Shown here: one piece after another, positions 57,506 to 64,000 of the stretch
Numbering within the stretch: the stretch's first letter is position 1
Layout of the letters: every line of letters starts with the position of its first letter
From: Haplodiscus bocki
Lineage: Eukaryota
DNA: 64,000 nucleotides
Assembly: GCA_965655095.1 (NCBI GenBank)
Contig: OZ296653.1
Location: 15,562,001 to 15,626,000, forward strand
Reading direction: 5' to 3'
Notes under the pieces: model-generated
Database searches by the model: none
What the model was told of the DNA's origin: nothing
The model's input: only the letters and a program-made list of their open reading frames with translations
Made by a program: the position numbers and the translations under genes

Positions 57506-57650
57506 NNNNNNNNNNNNNNNNNNNNNNNNNNNNNNNNNNNNNNNNNNNNNNNNNNNNNNNNNNNNNNNNNNNNNNNNNNNNNNNNNNNNNNNNNNNNNNN
57601 NNNNNNNNNNNNNNNNNNNNNNNNNNNNNNNNNNNNNNNNNNNNNNNNNN
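57506..57650. other. Assembly gap (145 N)
   Basis: Run of N. Confidence 1.
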
Positions 57651-57661
57651 AGTGATGCTGA

Positions 57662-58669
57662 CAAGAGGGTCTCAGGACAACAGAATCCGAATATCGCAAA
57701 CTACATGGTCTATATACATCGCTCAATCATCCAAGCGCATTTGGTAGTATCTCCAACTTGAGGAATGCTAGTGGATTGCCACGAAAGAAAGTTTTGGCAT
57801 ATTTAGAAACCTCGAAAACTTACACAAAGTTCAAGCCAGCCCAAAGGAAATTTCCACGCCTACCGGTGATTTCCCTTGGCATAAACCACATTTGGTCCTT
57901 GGATGTCGCATATATGGAAAAAATAGCAAAATTCAACGACGGTGTCAAGTACCTTCTTCTTGCAGTAGACAGTCTCTCGCGGAAAATTCGAGTTCAGCCG
58001 TTGAAATCAAAAACCGCCCTTGCTGCAAAATTGGCTTTCGAACGAATGGTTAACTTTGAAACTTTTGAGTTCCCCATAAAGTTGTGGGTTGATGGAGGTA
58101 AAGAGTTCAAAGGTGAGTTCAAAAAATTCTGTAGAGAAAATGAGATCGAAGTGTACCATACATACAGTGAAACCAAAAGCTGCATGGCTGAAAGGTACAT
58201 AAGGACATTGAAAACTTTACTATACAAATATTTTGAGGAATACCAAACTTTCAGGTATATTCCTCAACTTCAAAAATTTGTATCCCTTGTGAACAAGCGG
58301 CGAAATCGGTCGATTGGAATGGCTGCTGATGACGTCAACGCAAAACATGTTCCCCATTTAGTCTCACTTCAGAAACGGCAGTCATTTCCTGGTTCAAAAC
58401 AACCCAAGTTCAAAGTTGGCGATCGCGTTCGCATTGCTTTCAAGGAAATGCCATTTCAAAAAGGCTACAAGCAGCAGTATACAAACGAAGTCTTCAAAGT
58501 ATCACGAGTTTGTGTACCAAAAGTAAAAGGTCCAGTGACATACAAACTCCTCGACTCTAAAGATGAACCCATTTTGGGCAAATTTTACACTCCCGAGCTG
58601 ACTCATTTTAAATACTTACAGGACCGTGGACGGTCGCGCCATCAAACTATATCGTTTGCTACAAGTTAA
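57662..58669 (+). CDS. Retroviral-like DDE integrase (start unresolved next to the gap; no C-terminal chromodomain)
   Basis: YRKLHGLY..HPSAFGS...WSLDVAYM...AVDSLSR...WVDGGKEF...AERYIRTLK...PKFKVGDRVRI..F.KGY...GKFYTPEL. Confidence 0.94.
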   Translation, partial: QEGLRTTESEYRKLHGLYTSLNHPSAFGSISNLRNASGLPRKKVLAYLETSKTYTKFKPAQRKFPRLPVISLGINHIWSLDVAYMEKIAKFNDGVKYLLLAVDSLSRKIRVQPLKSKTALAAKLAFERMVNFETFEFPIKLWVDGGKEFKGEFKKFCRENEIEVYHTYSETKSCMAERYIRTLKTLLYKYFEEYQTFRYIPQLQKFVSLVNKRRNRSIGMAADDVNAKHVPHLVSLQKRQSFPGSKQPKFKVGDRVRIAFKEMPFQKGYKQQYTNEVFKVSRVCVPKVKGPVTYKLLDSKDEPILGKFYTPELTHFKYLQDRGRSRHQTISFATS

Positions 58670-58744
58670 ATTCAATTCAGCATTACTTTTTAATAATTTA
58701 TTCTTCTCATTTTTTTCACTTTCTCAAACGCTGTTATCAAGAGA

Positions 58745-59584
58745 ATGAGCAATTCCATTATGCACGACCAATTCACCATCAATTTGTCCTCGAACGCTTC
58801 CCTTAATGTTTACAAATCAAATACTCTAGCTTCCTTCAGAACAATCCTTTCATCTCCATTAGAGCTCGAAGGAAGCTGGGAAGTTGGTGTTACCGAAATG
58901 ACCTACCCAAGACAAATATACAATATTCGAGACTCTTGTTTTGATTTTTTTTATCATGGAAAGAAGTCTTGGGTGAAAGAATGTGAAATTGGAAAAGGCA
59001 TTTACCATAACGTGGATGATCTTCTGGAAAAAATGATTAGAGCTATTCACCTCAAGAGGGGTGTTTGGAATAAGGAAAAACTTCACAGGTATATTAGCTG
59101 GAAGGTGGATGAGCAAGGCAAACTGGAAATATACAACAGTTCTACAACTAAGTTCGCCAATGTGTCACCTGATTTGTTTCACGTTCTCGGCTGCCAACAG
59201 GAGCCTTCCCCATGGCAACATCCGCCGTCAATCCACGATTCTCCTGGGGCTTTTCCTGTTGATATTCACCACTGGCACCAAGTGTACGTTTACGGAGACT
59301 TCATTGAGCAGCAGTTCGTTGGGAACAGCCGAGCTCCATTGCTGAACAGCTTTCCTCTCTTCAACCCACAACACATGCCACCCAAGGAAGTAGGAGAAAA
59401 ACCGGGTGGTGTTTTAGGTTATGGCGCGTGCTCATTTATCACTTTCTCCAATCCTATCTTCAAGGTTTCGAAAACGACTTTGATTGATTTGTTGATTGAA
59501 TTGAGGACTGATACTGGTGATTTGGTTCCCTTTGTTGGTGTTGGTCGTACTACTGCAACGTTGGTTTTTCGGAAGAAAATTTAA
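58745..59584 (+). CDS. Minor capsid protein (penton/PX)
   Basis: FTINLSSNAS..Y..NTLASF..LELEGSWEVGVTE; VYVYGDFIE.Q.VG...APLL; IELRTDTG..VPF..TATLVFR. Confidence 0.9.
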   Translation: MSNSIMHDQFTINLSSNASLNVYKSNTLASFRTILSSPLELEGSWEVGVTEMTYPRQIYNIRDSCFDFFYHGKKSWVKECEIGKGIYHNVDDLLEKMIRAIHLKRGVWNKEKLHRYISWKVDEQGKLEIYNSSTTKFANVSPDLFHVLGCQQEPSPWQHPPSIHDSPGAFPVDIHHWHQVYVYGDFIEQQFVGNSRAPLLNSFPLFNPQHMPPKEVGEKPGGVLGYGACSFITFSNPIFKVSKTTLIDLLIELRTDTGDLVPFVGVGRTTATLVFRKKI

Positions 59585-59745
59585 TTACAATTACCCCCCA
59601 GCAGTACAATAATTTTTTTGGAAATACCTTTGTGATCAATTTAACACTTTGATTCAATTTTTTTTCACGAAAGATTTTCTTGATGCCTGTTCGACGACCA
59701 TTGATCAATTTCATTTGTTATTTTGATTGATTTTCAGATGATATT

Positions 59746-60285
59746 ATGCCCCGTGCCAATCAAAATCATGAGATAGGCCCGAGCAGTATAAATTACTTTC
59801 GAGGATCTCCATATCGTCAATATGGAAGTGGCTTCGGAGCAGCCATCAAAGCTGGCTTGAAGGGGTTCGTAATACCAATGGTGAAAAGATATGGTATTCC
59901 TGTCGCGAAATCGTTCCTACAACAGGCTGCTCCAGAATTGATCAATATTTTGGATGGTAGCACCAAGCCGAAAGCAGCAATGCGAAACGCTGTGAAAAAG
60001 ACAATCCGAAAACAAGTTGGTGGGGGACGCGGCGGCAGATTCACGAGACGTGTACCGTTACGTCGATCAAACACAAAAAAGTCTTCTTCTTCTCAGAAAA
60101 GGCGAACAATGTCAAAGAAGACTAGCAGAAAAAAACAACAAGGCAAACGTCGAAACCAAGTGAAAAAAAAGTCATTAAAAAAAGTTCAGTTCCGTAAATC
60201 AGTTGGCAAATCACGCAAACAGGGAACAACAAAGAAAAAAAGAAGTCGGCAAGATTTCTTCAGTTCCATAGTTGATCGCGCTTAA
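59746..60285 (+). CDS. Basic core protein (adenovirus pVII-like)
   Basis: RQYGSGFG motif, adenain-type site QVGG/G, K/R-rich C-terminus. Confidence 0.8.
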   Translation: MPRANQNHEIGPSSINYFRGSPYRQYGSGFGAAIKAGLKGFVIPMVKRYGIPVAKSFLQQAAPELINILDGSTKPKAAMRNAVKKTIRKQVGGGRGGRFTRRVPLRRSNTKKSSSSQKRRTMSKKTSRKKQQGKRRNQVKKKSLKKVQFRKSVGKSRKQGTTKKKRSRQDFFSSIVDRA

Positions 60286-60370
60286 TCCCTATTTGAGAAA
60301 CTTCCAGAGTTGAAATTTATTTTTTATTTTCTTACATTACCTTACATTTTTTAAACAATACTCTAGAGTA

Positions 60371-61707
60371 ATGCCTGATTCATTTGTTTATTCTGAGCCA
60401 CCTGTGCCTGGCATGCATTCCGGGTTATCGCTGTTTGGGCCATCAGAGATTCTTGTGGATTTTCAACGAGGATATCATGAAGAAGTTTTTGCACCAACAA
60501 GCGCTGATGGGCCAGTATTAGAATTTGACTTCCAGGGCGCAAAAACTGACATTGGCGGTACAGTGATAGACCTGGTCAACCTCTTTGTGAAGTTAGACGT
60601 CAAACTTAAATATGTCGGCAAGGAGAAAGCGGAAGATGTGGCTGATCTGAAGCCTACGTTTGTCAACAATTTGATGCACAGTTTATTTCAAAATGTAGAA
60701 ATTTCACTCAATGGAACACCAATTTCTTCTGCAAACAACCTCTATCCATTTAAAGCTCTAGTTGAAGCAGAGTTATCGCACAATGCTTCCTGTAAAGAGG
60801 GTTGGCTTCGCTGTCAAGGATACGAGTTCGAGACAGATCCTGGAGATATTGCAGATGGTAAAGCTTTCACAAATCGTCAAAAATTGGGAAATAACTTGAC
60901 AACAAAGTTTTCCTATTACGGTCGACTTGCTGCAGTTTCCTGGCGGACAATCACAAATTTCTGTTACCGGGAGTCGAAGTGCGTGTTCGTCTGTATCGCT
61001 CTCCTGACCAATTTGTCCTCATACACCCGAATTCGGCAAAAGAATCTCAAGGTGACTTTTCTCTACAGATTCTCAATGCTTCACTGTTGGTCCATAAATT
61101 AGAGCTTAAAAATGAAACTTATCTCACAATTGAGCGCATGCTGTCGAAAAAAGCAGCCCATTATGACTTTCGGGAAATAGTGCCAAAGTCGTTTTTGATA
61201 TCCAGTGGTGTAACTATGTATTATCGGGATGATATTTTCAACAGAGCTCCGATTAGCCGCCTAGTCATGTTTATGGTACCCGAAACGAGCTTTAGTGGAA
61301 ACTTCGAAACAAACCCTTTCCACTTCCGGCTGATGGATTTGGAAACAGTTCGTCTCAATCGCGAGGGATCCCTCGTCGGCGCGACGCCTCTACATCTAAA
61401 CGACAACCTGGTCCGCTCCTACTACCAGTCGCTCAAAGCCTTGGGATTCGAGCATGGTGGTAATGGAATAACACTCGGCAATTTTGAAAACCACTTTTGT
61501 TTAGTTTTCAAACTTACAGCCGACTACCATATTGAAGACAACACAATTCGCCCGGAACTAACTGGTGCCCGGTTGGGTCTTGAACTGAAGTTTTCAAAAG
61601 CCACTACAGACCCAGTACGTCTTATTCTGCTCGGTGAGAGAAGATCTGTATTGCTTATCGACCGCAATCGAGAAGTTATAAAAAATTCAAGTATCTACAA
61701 TGGTTGA
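60371..61707 (+). pseudogene. Double jelly-roll major capsid protein (hexon/PY), single frameshift near 60935
   Basis: GPVLEFDF, NNLMHSLFQNVEISLNG..ISS.NNLYPFKA, then LLPGVEVRVRLYR...NPFHF...GNGIT...GLELKF. Confidence 0.93.
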
Positions 61708-62182
61708 TAACACCCAGCTCACTTACTTGATCAACCGAGACCCTATTCTGAAGTTCAAATATCGCGGGTGTTTTGCACGAGACACTTTCCCCATTTTAAA
61801 ACATAACGAGTTTGTCATTGTTAACATTGACCCGTCTTCCCAGGCTGGTGAGCACTGGCTGCTCATAGCCTCAAAAAACGACACAGTGTTGCCATACGAC
61901 AGTTTTGGAAGGGACTTTTCACAGTTTTTTGGGGATATTTACAAGAAAGTTCAAGCATGGAGCAAGCTCTAACACCAAAAAGTTTTTCAGTACATGCCAA
62001 CGTCAACGCTCTTGCAACCTTTTGATAGTCAGTTCTGTGGCATATTTTGTCTTTTTATAGCATATTTTTATTACAAGACAAAGAAATCGTTGACTGATAA
62101 AAAAACAATTCAAATATCCAGCTTTCCTGCATATGCCACAGAGGAAGACATCTTGCGCTTCGCCGCAGCCATGTTAACATGA
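61700..62182 (+). pseudogene. Adenain-like cysteine protease with one in-frame stop (61970-61972)
   Basis: IVNIDPS..GEHWLL..YDSFG, then in the same frame LQPFDSQFCGIFC. Confidence 0.9.
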
Positions 62183-62196
62183 TTTAAAGCTTCATT

Positions 62197-63035
62197 ATGG
62201 GAAATAATGCATTAATTCTTTCGCATGTTTGTTTGTTTGTTTTTGGAAAATATTCAATAATTGAGGTTTTTTAAAAAAACTTTGTTTTTTTTAGTTGCCT
62301 GAAGAAATTCACGCGCCATTGATTGCGCTCAGGAATTCTTTCTCTGGTTTGGTGGTAACACCAAATCAGGCTGAGCAATTGAGCAGGATATTTAGTTCAA
62401 TGTCTGCCATCCTCACATCGTCCTCCCGAACTGGTTTGGCCATTCCCCCGCCGGTAGAGGATGCAGTAAGAATCTCACCGGTGGCAAGCATGTTCGACAT
62501 TTCAAATATTGACATGACGTCGCCCCCAGTCAGCCCTGCTGTAGAAAATCCAACTTCCTCTGCCACTCCCCGGCGCTCGAAAAGACAACTTTCGCCGCAC
62601 GAAGTCAAAGAAAGGCTGATGACAGGATTAAATGAGCCCCTCCCTCCTCACACTTCAGAGCGTCAGAGTGACGAGGAGCTGTTCAATAGAACCGTAGAGA
62701 TGGCGGAAGTGTGCCAAAACTTATTGAATATCGAGAAGTTGCAGAATCGGGGCCTGATTGAGCAAAACTTTTATATAGGCGGCATCATTGTTGAAGTGAT
62801 TCAACATAAACTGAACAAAAAAAACAGCTCCGAAGTATCGGAAGAACTAAAAAACTATTCGGTGTTCTTGGGCAGGACGAAGGTGGCGCAGGCTAAAAGA
62901 GTTTACCACCTTTGTCGCGAGTTTCCCAAACTCCGGAGAGTTAGATCGGGTTTTTCTCCGATGGAGCTGTCACAGGGATTAAAGCACATCAAAGATGTCT
63001 GTGGAGCTGATCGAGCCTTTTGGAACGAAGCCTAG
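62197..63035 (+). CDS. Hypothetical Polinton protein, probably spliced (exons 62197-62226 and 62295-63035)
   Basis: The 246-codon frame opens with TTG right after a (T)n-AG acceptor. Upstream MGNNALILSH followed by GTTTGT joins it in phase 0. Confidence 0.65.
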
Positions 63036-64000
63036 ATTTTATGAATACTTTTTGTATATTTAATATTTGCCTATATAAGCTGTTTTTAATATGGTGAGAA
63101 ATGTTGATTGTGATTTTTAGGCGGTTTATTTGCGGTATCTTTCTTCTGAGATAATTTTGCTTCACTCTATCAGAAAAAGTAAAATATATAGGCCCTAAGC
63201 TATATATTGGCTTAATGCCTAAAAATTCTACTAGTAAAATGTTCACCGCATTTTTCTCCTTTCACTATCCAAAAGAAGTCTCATTGAAGTTCTCCCAAGT
63301 GAGCAAAATTTTCTTAGAACCATCTTCTCAAAAAACATAAGTATATTCAAAGTACCATTACTGCACTCGATTTTTGGCATCTAATTTTTACTGCATCATA
63401 TTGTGGTAAACACATGTCAAGCAAGAACTAAGAGCCATGCAACATGAACCAATACGAATTCCTATAGCTAACTCTCTCAGGCAGTGTAGAGCTTATGAAA
63501 GGTCCCCTTAAAATTTTTGCACTGGAGCGATTTTTATCGGCAACAAAATGTGGTATGCCCTCTTATTAACAACGTGAACTCTTAACTATCCCAGCCAATT
63601 AAACGGGCGAAATTTATTGCTGCAAGTTTAGATGCAGATAATCAATAGAATTCCAGCCACATGAAATTGAAGATGAAAATGGTTCTCATCACCCTTTGTT
63701 ATCTTTTCAATTCTCAAGCCAAAAAGTTATTTCATTGATTAATCTTCAACGGAATATATCAGGTTTTTATAGAACCGACCTGAAAACATTTGTTGTGTCA
63801 ATTCTTGTATACAAACTGATATATTCTATCTTTTTGCTGTGACAGTAAGCTATTTTTTTTTCAAATTAATTGTTGAAAGAGCTAGTCTGGATAATCGTGG
63901 TCCTGGTAATCGAGAAGATAACGGTGACATTTTTTTCGAAGAACCGAACACGGTAGATTTTTCGAACTCATCTTGTGCTACTCTGAACTTCTCAACTGCT

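Larger units (their letters stand above)
41639..63035 (+). mobile_element. Near-intact Polinton/Maverick (adintovirus-like) element C; termini not identified, boundaries approximate
   Basis: Co-oriented PolB, PLA2, ATPase, integrase, penton, core protein, hexon and protease genes. Confidence 0.92.

Noticed and set aside
57506-57650. Gap length (145 N) equals the array unit length
   Set aside because: Gap sizes are scaffolding estimates and no array sequence flanks the gap. Treated as coincidence.
41603-63982. Candidate termini for element C (AGTAG at 41603; CTACT at 63228 and 63978)
   Set aside because: No extended inverted-repeat match and no 6-bp TSD, so the ends remain unknown or lie outside the window.

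Overview
AT-rich eukaryotic (invertebrate animal-like) genomic DNA. About 60% of it consists of endogenous Polinton/Maverick (adintovirus-type) DNA viruses. (1) Element A, 1-2002 (-): a terminus plus the ZnF/OTU/exonuclease N-terminus of a protein-primed PolB, running off the left edge and apparently nested in an older PolB relic. (2) Element B, 23888-38742: complete but decayed, 14.9 kb, with ~165-bp AGTAG...CTACT TIRs and a perfect 6-bp CACAAG target-site duplication. It carries an EndoVII/HNH-type PolB that appears to contain three GT-AG spliceosomal introns, and a PHD-finger-fused integrase. (3) Element C, ~41.6-63.0 kb (+): nearly intact, with a 1675-aa VSR-type PolB, a palindromic 145-bp tandem array and a candidate Pol III (VA-RNA-like) unit. 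Its termini were not found. B and C share one collinear module (HUH-like ORF, PLA2, PC4-like, membrane protein, packaging ATPase, ORF, integrase, penton, pVII-like core protein, hexon, adenain protease), attached to PolBs of two different lineages in opposite relative orientation. Host sequence between them holds an intact intronless MPDU1 gene, a frameshifted MPDU1 paralog, and old dispersed and tandem repeats. All protein calls rest on motif recognition by eye, not database searches.
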